Source: Carcharhinus amblyrhynchos (taxonomy: Eukaryota). Taken from it: a DNA stretch of 64,000 nt. The position numbers and the translations under genes were made by a program. The first letter of the stretch is position 1. Each line of letters starts with the position of its first letter. Location: assembly GCA_965287045.1 (NCBI GenBank), contig OZ336889.1, positions 44,516,001-44,580,000 of the forward strand, in the 5' to 3' direction. Shown one piece after another: positions 39,001 to 51,300 of this stretch. The notes beneath the pieces are model-generated. The model searched no databases, had not been told where the DNA came from, and saw only the letters and a list, made by a program, of their open reading frames with translations.

Positions 39001-42000
39001 GTACTTTAGATGTGCTCGCGACAAAGCACGACAAATTTGTAGCGAATCTTCCCTACTTTTATATTCCATCCCACATGCAATAGGTGACAACATTGCATTT
39101 GCTTTCCTCATCACTTACAGCTTCATGCTAAAGTTTTGTGAATCACGTTCCGGGGCACCCAGATTCCCCAGTGCTGCAGACCTTTGCACTCTCATGTCCG
39201 TATGAATAATTTGCAGCTTTCCATTCTTCCTGCCAAAGTGGACCAATTCGCATTTCACCACATTATACTCCACCTGTTTCTTTTTACCACTCACGTAACC
39301 TATCTAAATCCTTTTGGATACCATTAATGCTAACCCCACAATTTACTTCCCCTCCTGTATTAAAGTCGTGAGAAAAAGTTGCAAACAATTCGTCCCATCA
39401 TTCATGTCATTTCTATAAATTGATAACAGTTTAGGCCCCAGATATAATCCTGTGATACACCGCCGGCTACAGTTTGCCCCTCCCCCAACAAACAAATGGC
39501 TCAGTTACCCCACCTGTCTGTTTCTGTGAGGCAACCAGTCCTCGATTCGTGATGAACGTTATCCCATACATGATGACCTCCTATTTGGCATTTCATAATG
39601 TATCTTTGAAACTGTTTCTTATTAAATACGTTTTGGAAATCCAAGTCTACAGGTTCCTCTTTATTCACGTTACTGATAAGTTGCTCCAGTAACTATATGA
39701 AATTAGCACCGTATGGCTTCATTTATACAAAACCATGTTGGCTCTACATAATTGCAAGTGCCACGCCATAACCTTCTCATAGTAGATTTGAGCATTTGAC
39801 TTTTGACAGATGTTAGGCTAATTGGCTTGTAGTTACATGTTTCAGTTTCTTTCCTTTCTTGAATAGAGGAGTTCGGTCTGCTATTTCCCGATCTCATAGA
39901 ATTATAAAATCACTACAATGCAGAAGAAGGCCAATCGGCCCTTCGCGTCTGCATTTACTCTCCCTAAGGGTATCTTGCCCACCTCTATCATGTCCAAGTG
40001 ACTTGACAGCCTTCAGTTCTGACCGCTTTCTCAGTAGCATTGACCTGATGGTTCTCATTGCTTTATGTTCCTCGCTCCCTTCTCCCTCTTCACCTGCAAG
40101 TATTTCTGGGACATTATTTATGTATTCTACAGCCGAGGCAGAGAAAATATATCAATTCTTCTGCCATTTCCTCAGTTCGCATAATGGGTTTTCGACGTTT
40201 CTTTTCCAGAGTAAGCACACTTATTCTAGTGAGCATTTTCCTTTTTAAAAGCATGTAGAAATTCTTACATTCTTTTAATATGTCCAGCTAAAATTCTCGC
40301 ATATTCTTAACTCTCTTTTGTTGTTATTTTCTTGGTCATTTTTCTTCTGTTTTTATATTCTTCCCAATCTTCAGCTCTGTCACTAGTGGTAAAGTTTAAA
40401 ACTTTTTCTCCCGCTCGGGCGCAATCATTGGAGATGTTGGGACTTTAACATCTCCATGAAGTAGGCCCGCTTTCTGTCTGATATTTCAGCTGCATACCGT
40501 CTTCAGTCAACTTTAACCTAAATTCCTGGCCCTATGCCAATCGTTTTCCGATTCGGCTCACACACCATGAGGGTGGTTCTTCTCTCGCTCCTGCCGACTC
40601 CTTGCGTTAAACTGAACTCGTGTCTGTCTGTCTCCCTCTCTCCACACTGCAGATGTCAACTCTGTGCATTCCACCCACAGGCAAGGCCTTAAACCTCTCA
40701 CTCCCTGGGTACTGACTGCACTGCATGATGTGAATCTGAGACATATCCTTTCAGTAAATACCCTGCGATCTCTTTCAGCCTAACAACTTTAATTACATGC
40801 TCCTGATCCCTCTACCTGACCGCCGTTTGGAAATTTTCCCACTGATGGTAAAAATTTAATATTCCTTCCCCACCCTTCATTCTGTCCACACGGGAGTCAG
40901 TAAAATTCCAACAACCGAGTCCAAATGCAAGCAAATATGTTAACCCTTTTATCTTTCTTAGACCCCAGCTAGAGTATTAGTTCAGTTCTTGACAAAATTC
41001 TTCCAAAGTATTTCAGAGCTTTGGAGAGTGTGCAGGAAGGTGTATTAGCATGTTTCCAGGATAAAAGTCCTCAGTTAGATGTAAGGACGTGAAACGTGGA
41101 GTTGTTCTCCTGAGAGCCGCAAGTAGATTTGATAAAGACGTTTTTAAAGGTGTTGGATAAAGAAAGTCGGAGCTGCTTCAAATGTCGGAAGTTTGATCAC
41201 CAGAAGGCAAACATTTGAAATAACCTGTGAACAGCAACAGGAACAGAAGAGGGCTGGTGGTGGGTAAATATGTTGCGACTCTTAATGATCTGGAGACAAT
41301 TGGATCAAGGGCTCGTGGAAGAGGATTTAACAATCCCTGTCAAAAAGGCGGAAAGAATGTTGAAAACTGAAGTAAGAGCAAGACAGAAATTCCAGTTCTA
41401 TCGCTCCTTTACAGAACCGACATGGATGCGATGGGCTGATTGCCCTCTTTCTGCGATCAACCTTCTCGAATTCTTTATACTGACACAACTGCCTCTGCAC
41501 CGCGATCGGCAGCTCTCCAGGCGAAGTAATTAATTCATTTCTTCTCGTTCTCGTCTGTGCGCCTCAGCTGCATAACCAAAATGTTACTTCTCACAATTGT
41601 TCAAGGACACATGGGGTGATGGTGTGTGACAAGCTGACGTTATCAACATTGAAAGGGCTTGCTTGATTTTGTTTAATTTTTCAAATGAGGGAGCAATAGA
41701 ACATTGTACGATGGCTTCTGCAATACTGTCGGGAGGCGGGAGGAGAGGGTGGTGTTGAGGGGGAGGGTAACCGGTCATCAGAAACCTGATTTTAAAAAAC
41801 TGCTATTTTCAGCTCATTCCGACGTCGGCAAATGCTTTGAGATTCTCAAAGTATTGTTTCCTATGACAGAAAATATACCCCTCAAATCAAACAACGAAAG
41901 TCATGCGAAAGCTCTGTTCCCTCGAGCATTTCATTTTGCCAAGGCTTAACTCACTGTGTATGCCTTGGGTTTCCAACACTTGAATAAAGCTGAGTGGGCA

Positions 42001-42077
42001 GTCTTGGCACCTCAATCACATTCTAGATAGGTCATAAAATGTTTCTCCAGAATTGTCCATCATTCACTCACTTCAGA

Positions 42078-42550
42078 TAGCTATCTATCTATCTATCTGA
42101 CTATCTATCTCTATCCATCTGTTTGCCTGTCTATCTATCCATCTATCGGTCTGTCTGTTTATCCATCCATTCATCCATCTATCTATCTCGCTATTTATCT
42201 ATCCATCTATCTATCTTTCTTTCTACCTATCTATCTGACTATCNNNNNNNNNNNNNNNNNNNNNNNNNNNNNNNNNNNNNNNNNNNNNNNNNNNNNNNNN
42301 NNNNNNNNNNNNNNNNNNNNNNNNNNNNNNNNNNNNNNNNNNNNNNNNNNNNNNNNNNNNNNNNNNNNNNNNNNNNCTGTCTATCTTTCTGTCTATCTGT
42401 CAGTCAATCTATCTATCAATCGATCTATGTATCTATTTCTCTATCTATCATTCTATCTATCTTTCTGTCTGTCTATCTATCTATCTATTTCTTTGTCTAT
42501 CTGTCTATCTATCTATCTATCTGTCTGTCTGTCTACCTATCTATCCATCA
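42078..42550. repeat. (TCTA/TCTG/TCCA)n microsatellite with an N run (42244-42376), upstream of cluster 3
   Basis: Direct inspection. Confidence 0.9.
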
Positions 42551-42899
42551 ATCGCGAAAAGCCAAGAAGGAGTATGGCCTTAGGCCTCTCTGTGCGCACA
42601 TGACATCTCAACTCACACTTTTCGTCTCTAATTTATTCGCCAAGGACGTTACGTCTATTAAACAGCTTACTGTCCCCAACATTTATTTATTGTAATCTGC
42701 AGGTTCCAGAGATCAAGACACGATTCATTTAATCTGTTTTATGTTTCACCGCACCGTTTGTTTTTTTGGGGTGGGTATTGAGGCATCTTACATGCTGTTC
42801 TGTAGATTGGGAGATTTATATTTCTTATTTTCCAAAATGGCTGACGTGTTCATTCTGCAAATATCAGACAATACCGAAATGGAGATCTTCGTTTCAGTA

Positions 42900-42921
42900 T
42901 CACGTGACAGGAAATTTGCAT
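42900..42921 (+). promoter_or_regulatory. Cluster 3 promoter: E-box plus octamer ATTTGCAT (42914-42921)
   Basis: Same arrangement as cluster 1. Confidence 0.8.
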
Positions 42922-43035
42922 ACGTATTTCATATTCATTCGCCTTGCGGTGTTTGAGTCTTTTTAAGGAGAGGTTGGAATGGACTCAGAAGCGCGTTCGT
43001 GTCAGGATTTATTTTCCTGTCCCCAAACCTTCACC

Positions 43036-43084
43036 ATGACACAATCGATTGGAGTTCTCGCCGCACTGATACTCTGTTTCCACA
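43036..43084 (+). CDS. IgL cluster 3 exon 1, signal peptide
   Basis: Same leader peptide; donor at 43085. Confidence 0.9.
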
Positions 43085-43223
43085 GTAAGTACGGGCGTCG
43101 GCCTGAAGTAACGCTCATTTTTGCACATTATCTGCTTTTGCGCTTGTGTTTTCACGAACCTGAATTGTGAGCTATATTCAACATTTCACAGTGTGTGTCT
43201 GACAATACTTTGCATTTCACCAG

Positions 43224-43571
43224 GTACAATTGCGGATCCTGTCCTGACCCAACCAGGATCCATTTCGTCCTCACCGGGAAAGACCGTCACCATCACTTGC
43301 ACCATGTCCGGAGGCACCATTAACAGCAACCAGGCGAGCTGGTACTGGCAGAAACCCGACAGCGCCCCTGTGCTTGTTTGGTCCGAGTACAAAGGTCTGG
43401 CTTCGGGTATTCCGAATCGATTCGCCGGGTCTGTGGACTCATCGAGTAACAAGATGCATTTAACCATCACCAACGTGCAATCGGAGGACGCTGCAGATTA
43501 TTACTGTGCTGCTCGGCTCAGCAGTGCAGTTAGAATCATTTTCGGGAGTGGAACGAAGCTGAATCTGGGCA
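43224..43571 (+). CDS. IGLV: IgL cluster 3 exon 2, germline-joined VJ, open frame (CDR1 GGTINSNQAS; CDR3 AARLSSAVRII)
   Basis: Intact splice sites and V/J motifs; its cognate C exon is defective. Confidence 0.92.
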
Positions 43572-46500
43572 GTAAGTAAATCACTTAACTCTCCTCTAAC
43601 ATTTGTGACGCTTTCTAAATAACAAAATGTACTTGGAAACGGTCGGATAGGTGGACTGAATTCGTGCAAATCACAATGATTGCTCCTAAAATATTGTTAT
43701 GGGGGATCTTTGATTCAGCAGGAAATGATATTGCAGTGATAGCTGGGCTCAGAACTTCGGCGATTGTCTGGAGTGTGTGCTGTTATGTGATAGGGTAAAG
43801 GGGCATTTTAATTACGAGTGAAATTCATTTCACTGGAAGCTTCCGGTCTGATCTGCTGGGACTGTGCAGAATTTTGAACCATCTGATCGAGCCGGCAGTG
43901 CGAGGAGATGATTGAGAATGCGATTGCTAGAAAGATGGAATGTTTCCCTTCGCTTAGCCAGTGTTAGAAGTGGAGTTCCCTAGCTTTATGAACACTGCGA
44001 GCGGAACTATAATTAGGAAGACGATAAACATTTCAAAAGTGAAAAAACAGGCATGCAAATGAGCTAAATGGGGAAGTTTGTACAAGCTACAATCGGCCAC
44101 CGATTGTGGTCTATAATTCCATGATTGTATGAAGGGACACAATGGTTCAGGTTCTTTCATACTCTGCCCCTGTAGTCTGGTTTAAAGGGTTAGAATTGCA
44201 TTCAAAGCGTTTACATCAGGCTGTTTCATTCCATTTAAAGCAAGACTGCATTATGTCTGCGGAATGATACTGTGGGTGACTGGGTGCGGCTCACCCTGGT
44301 CCCCAAACTCACTGAAAACCGTTCAGTACAAAATTCTCAGCCTAATGTTTTGCATTAATCCCGGGTGTCCAAAATAACCATACTGTTGCCGGAATTCCGC
44401 CAGTAATAATCGACCCTGATTGGAACTGGATCACATCGCAACAAATATCAATGATGCGTGGAATATTTGCTTTCTTTGGAAATTATGGTTCATTTTCTTC
44501 GCATTCAATGTGTTGTTTTGGAATGTCCCGGAATAAGGTGGTCAGGTTTTTGAGTATTGTTGTGGACTCGTTCAGATTGTTGTTGGTTCTGTGACTGTCA
44601 GTTAGTAGTAATAGAACAAAAGATGGAGATTACTGCCAATATTATTTGACTGATGGGATGTGATCAGAAAGGTAACATTCATTGCACCAAACCGACCCCC
44701 CCCCCACCCCGCCTAATATCCATGGATAAAGTGGTGGTGAGCCGCATTCTCAAACAAATGTCATCCAAGTGTCATAGGTACACCGCAGACCTGTTAGGGA
44801 GGGAGTTAAGAGATTTTGGCCAGGCGACAGTGAAGGAAAGGCGGTACAGTTCTACTTTGGTATGCTGTGCGGCTCGTTGGTGATTTACCAACTGATGTTG
44901 TTGTCGTGCATCTGGTGCCCTTGTGTTGGTCCAGTGGAAGACATGGCTGGTTTGGAAGCTGTTGTCGGAGTTACGGCAGTCTACCTTATAGATACCGACG
45001 CTGTCGCTCCTGTGCGTCAATGAGGGAGAAAAGCAATAGAATATATTCGCAGAATCATAGAATGGTATATCTTTGCATCATTGTTACTATCTACTTGGCC
45101 AATTCTGTCTGCACTGGTTCACAAGGAACTATCTAAATTTATTCATTAGCCTTTAAATTACACATTGTATGTTAGTTTAAGTGTTCATTAATTTGCCACA
45201 AACAGGTTTTCCAGCAGGAGGTTCCACATCCCCTAAACCCTCTGGGTGAAACTATTCCCTTCCAATCTCCGCTAAAGCTTCCACTTCTAACGACAAATCC
45301 AAGTCCTGTTCTTATCGACCCCTCAACCATTGGCAATACTGTTTTCCGATCCATTCTGCCCAGACACCTCAGAATATTATGCCTTCAACTCGATTTCCTT
45401 TCAGCCTCGTCTGTTCTAAAGTAAAGGACAATTCAATACTTACTTATAACTAAATATTCCAGTCCAGCCGACATCCCTCTAGATCTCCCTGTACTCGCAC
45501 TCGTACAATAACATTTTTCCTCTGCATCTTTCCAGCAGTTTCAGCATAACCTCCAAGCTCTAACAATCTCTACCTCCGCTTATGCCTTCTTTGCTAGTAT
45601 GTCCACTTGTTCAGCCGCCTTCTGGATCTGTGGACATGCATTTTCTGTTCCCTAATTTCTCTACATTTCTCGGCATTTTCCCATTTATACAGTGTACTCG
45701 CTTGTCTTGTTGGTCTTCCTGAAGTGCAGTTCCTCGCACTTTTCCGCATTTAATTTCAGTTGCCGCTGTTGAATTTATCTGACTAGTCCAATGTTGTCTT
45801 CCTGCATTATCCAGCTTTTTTGTTCGCAAACACATTGTTAAATTTGTGTCACCTAACAACAATCATACAGGCACTCATTGATATACAGACCCTTTGTTTC
45901 CTGCCTTTGAGCCAATTTCGGATCCAACCTGTTCATCCTATGTGTGAACTTAACAAGGACCTTGCTAAAATCCATGTAGACTATACCAAAAATGTTGCCG
46001 TCATTCACCGCTTCATGCTGCCTGCTCAGAAATACCAATTCACGCTGTGGGTTAAGATTTTCCGCCAGCAAAGCCGTGATCGCTGTATTTGATTATGCCA
46101 TGTTTATTCCATTCGTTCTCCCTTCAGTGAGGTTAGGTTCTCTGGTCTATAATTATGCTACCACCCTTTCGCCCTTTGACAATTTCATCTGTCTTCCTGT
46201 TTCCGAGAGTCAAGCCTGCTCCGGGCACGATTGGAAAACTGTGATCATGGTCTCTTCCCTTCTCAATCTTCCTTTCCTTTTTTTTATTATTTTCTTCTTC
46301 GAGTCATTTGTTTGCTGGACTATGTTACGGTGAAATGGACCAGCATGAGGCAAAAGGGAAAAAATGCTCTTGAATGTTATAGTTATTACTTTAAGAAATC
46401 AGATCTGGTGAAAATGCCGGTGTAAAAATAATTCACTGAAGCCCGCTGCCCTTGAAATAGAAGTTGATCTTCACACTTGCTCATCGGTGCAAACTTTTGA

Positions 46501-47780
46501 GGTAATCCAGCGAAACTTTCGGGGGCGCAGGAAAAGGATATCAACATTGAAATAAGGGTGGCGGCATTTGTCTGCCGACTCAGTTTCAACATCCAAATTA
46601 CATTTCTAAATATAAGACGAATTTCTAGCTCCAAAGACAATCGACTTTTACACCAACAGCGACAAAACCCATACTGTTGTTGTAGCCGACATAATACCTC
46701 AATGTCAGGGCGAACTGTACTTATCCTTTTAGTTTGAAATGAATATTCATATCTGAACCCTTTCTTCGATGCCTTACAATATCTTAACGTATTTACTGAG
46801 CGTTTCCTCGTTGACTGTGATAGATGGTAACTTAATTGGTGAATGGTCACTTCAAGAGACGAGATTCTGATACAACGCCCTTTCAGCTTTGCGAATATCG
46901 ACTAATGACAAAGGAAAGAAAATGCAAACCTGCGTTGAATTAGCGCCGACCACGACTTCACAACATTTTCACGATTAAGTGTTTGTGAAGTCGAATCATT
47001 CTTCAAATGTCAGAATCATGGCTCCCTATCTAAGCACAGTAAGATCTCACAGTCCAATTGCTTTGGCGAGTAGGTGTAAGAGATAAATAATTATGAGAAC
47101 ATGTTTGGTTTATTGCTGGCCTTTTGAGGGTGTCATTAAGTTATGTTGTTATATGTTAGAATTGTTCACAATATTTATTAGAAACTCTTCCTCTCAGCTG
47201 CAACAAATCGCTTGTGACACTCCACTCGGAAAAAAATGCCTCCAAACATTTCCATTGCGACAGGGAGATATTTGTTCAGATTTTCGCTACATCGTCACTG
47301 TTGGTCTGGGCGGGACACGGTGCGGAGCCGTGGCAAAGAATGTACACAAATCCAAATAACAGTCCAGTATATAGGACTTGCGTCAGAGAAGTAAACGGTG
47401 CCAGAAGCAAACAATTGGTTTCATTGTTTAGAATCGAGGTTTTGGAGTTGCAAACTCCAGAAATGTAGCCGTCAGCATAGGTTCCAATATTGACTCCAAA
47501 TTCTGAGTGATTAGTGTTATTCTGAAATTCTCAGTGGTTGAGACGGTGGCTCGGACAGCGTTGCGTCAGATCACATCTGGATCACTACACCTCCCGTCTT
47601 ATTTTTCTCTTTAATATTTCAGACTCCACTATTTCCTTTAGATCCGATTTTCTTTGTATGCTCCTGTCCGTTCAGGGAAAAGAAGGAAAACCTTCCCAGG
47701 TTGTATATGATCCAGAAAACAAAGACCCAGCCTTTTTGCATGTTGCATCAATAAGACTCCATTGTATAAAATCTATACAT

Positions 47781-47963
47781 AAGATCATAGGAACATAAGA
47801 AATAGGAGCAGAAGTAGGCCATCTAGCCCTTCGAGCCTGCCCCGCCATTCAACAAGATCATGGCTGATCTGAAGTGGATCAGCTCCATTTACCCGCTTTC
47901 ACGCCATAACCCTGAATTCCCTTGTCTATCAGAAACCTATCTACCCGTGACTTAAATATACGT
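47781..47963 (-). mobile_element. Cluster-3-specific ~183-bp 5'-truncated CR1-type/SINE insertion
   Basis: Absent at the orthologous 'tatacat|tcttgtag' site in clusters 1 and 2; begins 'aagatcataggaacataagaaataggagcagaagtaggcc' (reverse LINE tail); flanked by tatacat/tatacgt. Confidence 0.8.
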
Positions 47964-48065
47964 TCTTGTAGAATAATACCGATTTTTAAAAAAAAGGCTA
48001 AACAACGATTGAGACATTTATGCCGATTCTTCATGGATGTGCAATCATTTCTCTCTACTTTCCAG

Positions 48066-48388
48066 GTCCACGGAGCCCCACTGTGTCTCTCCTTCCGCCT
48101 TCATCGGATCAACTCACAGCGAAGAACATAGCGACCCTGGTGTGTTTGGTGAGCGGTTTTAACCCGGGAGCTGCGGAGATTGAATGGACTGTCGATGGCA
48201 GCGTCAGAGGGAATGGGGTTGAGACCAGTCGGATCCAGCAGGAGGCGGACAACACGTTCAGTGTGAGCAGTTACCTGACTCTGTCAGCCTCAGACTGAAA
48301 CTCACACGAGCTTTACTCCTGTGTGGTTAAACACGAGACTCAAGCAAACCCGCTTCGAACAAGCATCTCCAGATCCAGCTGTATGTGA
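48066..48388 (+). pseudogene. IGLC: IgL cluster 3 constant exon with a premature stop (Trp TGG>TGA at 48296-48298)
   Basis: GAC TGA AAC versus GAC TGG AAC in cluster 1; the truncation removes the second intradomain Cys and the C-terminal Cys. Confidence 0.88.
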
Positions 48389-51300
48389 TACATGCATCTA
48401 AAGCGTTTTTGTATTTTGCCGTTAGTAAAGTTTTATTTCTAAATAAATTCGGCAAATAGTGGAACATTTCAAACATTCATCACAGTTTGTAGCAGATCGG
48501 CTGATTCCATTAATTTCAATTTAACTGTGTTCACTCTGAATGGATCAAAGCTTCAGTGTAATGTCATTGATGCCGCTGTGTAATAGAATCATTATCCCGT
48601 TATCGCGTCTCATGTTCTGTTATTCTCTCTCTTCCCCTGAAAAACAATTAATGGCAACATTCTTAATGGAATTAAATAGTGAGATTATATCATTGTGATA
48701 TTCTGCACATTTTATTTAAAGTCAGTGACATCCAGGCGCAACAAGGAGACGGTCGATGACATTAAATTGAAGTAATATTGCAATATTTTTTAATGGACTG
48801 AGTTACATTCTGGTATTGTGATGAAAGGGCTGAACTGCGAGTACAGATTACAGAAATACATTAAAGGGCAGACAGTTCTTCACCTCCTGGTTCCAAAAAT
48901 TCAGGGCAAACTCTGTCACTGCCTCATTTCTTAATACACCAGATGCAATGCAAGTTCTGGTAATGCCAGTCATTTCTAAGTAAGCTGACCGATTATTTTA
49001 ATAGGACTATAATGATTATACTGAAGCAGGCGCTTTAATAACAAGTCACCCAAATGCATCTTCAGTGACTCAAACCAGTTCAGGACCAAGTTTGCTATTT
49101 TTTACTCCTTCATCTTAATACGAATAACAAAGTCGATAGGACGCCCCTTTGATACATCGATGTTTTATTTGTTCAGTTAGATTTGGGCTTGCAAGACACA
49201 AATTGTTTAAAGTAGCAAGAAGTTGCGCAGTTGGTGAAAAGTGCAAAAAAATGGTGCCGGCGTACTTACACAAGAACAAAACAAAACATTCGTGGATTTA
49301 TTAGACTTTTACAGAATTGTACTCATCTATGGTCTACATGCTTCAAAAATGATCTTGTAGGATATGAGAAAGTGGAGAAACTATTTGCCAGATTTTTACT
49401 AGAATTGGGACTATGTACCTATCAGGGAAATGAATATGTTGGGCTGATTTCGCTGAGGAGAGGATGCGGAGGTGTAATAGGCGGCTTTAATGTTAGGAAA
49501 AGATGTGTTAAGGTAACACAGAGAAAGATTTTCAACTGTGAGTTAGTCTGAAACAGTGAGACGTAAAAGAGATGCATTTATTTGAATGTATAGGTCGGGA
49601 ATTTGCTGTGGGCAGGAGAGAGAAAGTACAAGGCTTTGTTCTCTGATTGGCTGAGTACAACAATATAGATTCCTGAGGATCATTTATCACATCATAGAAA
49701 CCCTACAGCTCAGAAAGAGGCCATTCCGCCCATCGAGTCTGCACCAACCGCAATCCCACCAAGGCCCTACCCCTATATCCCTACATATTTTACCCACTAG
49801 TCCCTCTAACCTACCCATCCCAGGACACTAAGAGGCAATTTTAAGCATGGCCAATCAACCTAACCCGCATTGGGTTTAAAAAGGGGCAAGTCACGTTGCG
49901 GCTGTATAGAACCTTAGTTCGGCCACACTTGAAATATAGTGTTCAATTCTGGTCGCCACACTACCAGAAGGACATGGAGGATTTGGAGAGGATACAAAAA
50001 AGTTCCCAGGATGTTGCCTGGTATGGAGGGCATCGGCTATGCGGAGTGCTTGGAGTAACGTGGTTTGTTCTCACTGGAAAGACGGAGGTTGAGGGGTTAC
50101 CTGACAGAAGAGTATGAGAGGCATGGACAGCGCGGATAATTAGATGCCTTTTCCCAGGATGGAAGAGTCAATTACTAGAGGACACATGTTTAAGATTCGA
50201 CGGGCAAGGTTTAAAGGAGATGTACGAGGCAGAATTTTCACGCAGAGGGTGATGGGTGCCTGGAACTCGTTGTTCCGGGTGTTAGTGGAAGCAGATACGA
50301 TAGCGGCTTTTAAGGAGCGTCTTGTCAAACACATGGATAGAACGGGATTAGAGGGATATGGTCCCTGGAAGGGTAGGGGGTTTTAGATAAGTCGAGTAGC
50401 ATGGTCGCTGCAGGCTTGGAGGGCCGAAGGACTGTTCCTATGCTGCAATTTCCTTTGTTCTTTGCTCCAATAATGTAATCCAGAAAAAAATAGAGCATAC
50501 ACTTTTCTTAGAGTGAAGCTATTTTGGAGTGAAATAGAGAAACACTGCTTCGCATGCATCAGAGTTGACTCGGATGTTTTCCTCATATATCCCCTCATTT
50601 CGGTCACAACTCATTTTCTCCATTAGACCCGTGTTGACCATGTTTCCACTAAATTACTGACCATCGAACTTTGTTTTTTTGCCCCCACTTTCGTTGATGT
50701 CACGAACTGCTATCTCTCCTCAGATACTGTTCTTACTTTCACACCGATTACAATCAAACTTCTTGAAACCAGACTTGTTCCTCTTTCCTTGTAAGCTTCT
50801 ACCGATGTTCAGTTAACATTTCCTCTCTAAACTACTTGAAGATATTTCCAACCCCAAATCCATAATATTGTTCCAACAATTCCAGCATTGAATCCGCACA
50901 ATCGCGTTTCTGCTTCTGCCACAATACTGATATGTCCCTTATCAAAGTTACATTCTATTCAACTGTAACGATAGCAAACTGTTACTGTCATTTTTCAGTT
51001 TTCAAGTTTTTTTTCGCAGTTTCTTTATTATTGTCACAAGTAGACTTACAGCTATCGGTTGAAATCCAAACTGCAATTACTGTAATGAAGTTACTGTGAA
51101 AATTTCCTAGTTGCCACACCCCGGCACCTGGAGGGGTACAATGAGAGAGAATTTAGCATCGCCAAAGCAACTAATCAGCCCATCTTTCGGACTGTGGGAG
51201 GCAACGGAGCACCCACACAGACACTGGAAGAACGTGCAGACTGTGCACAGACTGTGACCCAAGCCGGAAAGTGAAACCAGGTTCATGGCGCTGTGAGGCA

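Larger units (their letters stand above)
24129..42550 (+). repeat. Complete ~18.4 kb tandem repeat unit carrying IgL cluster 2
   Basis: Colinear with units 1, 3 and 4; ATG-to-ATG spacing 18406 bp. Confidence 0.92.
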
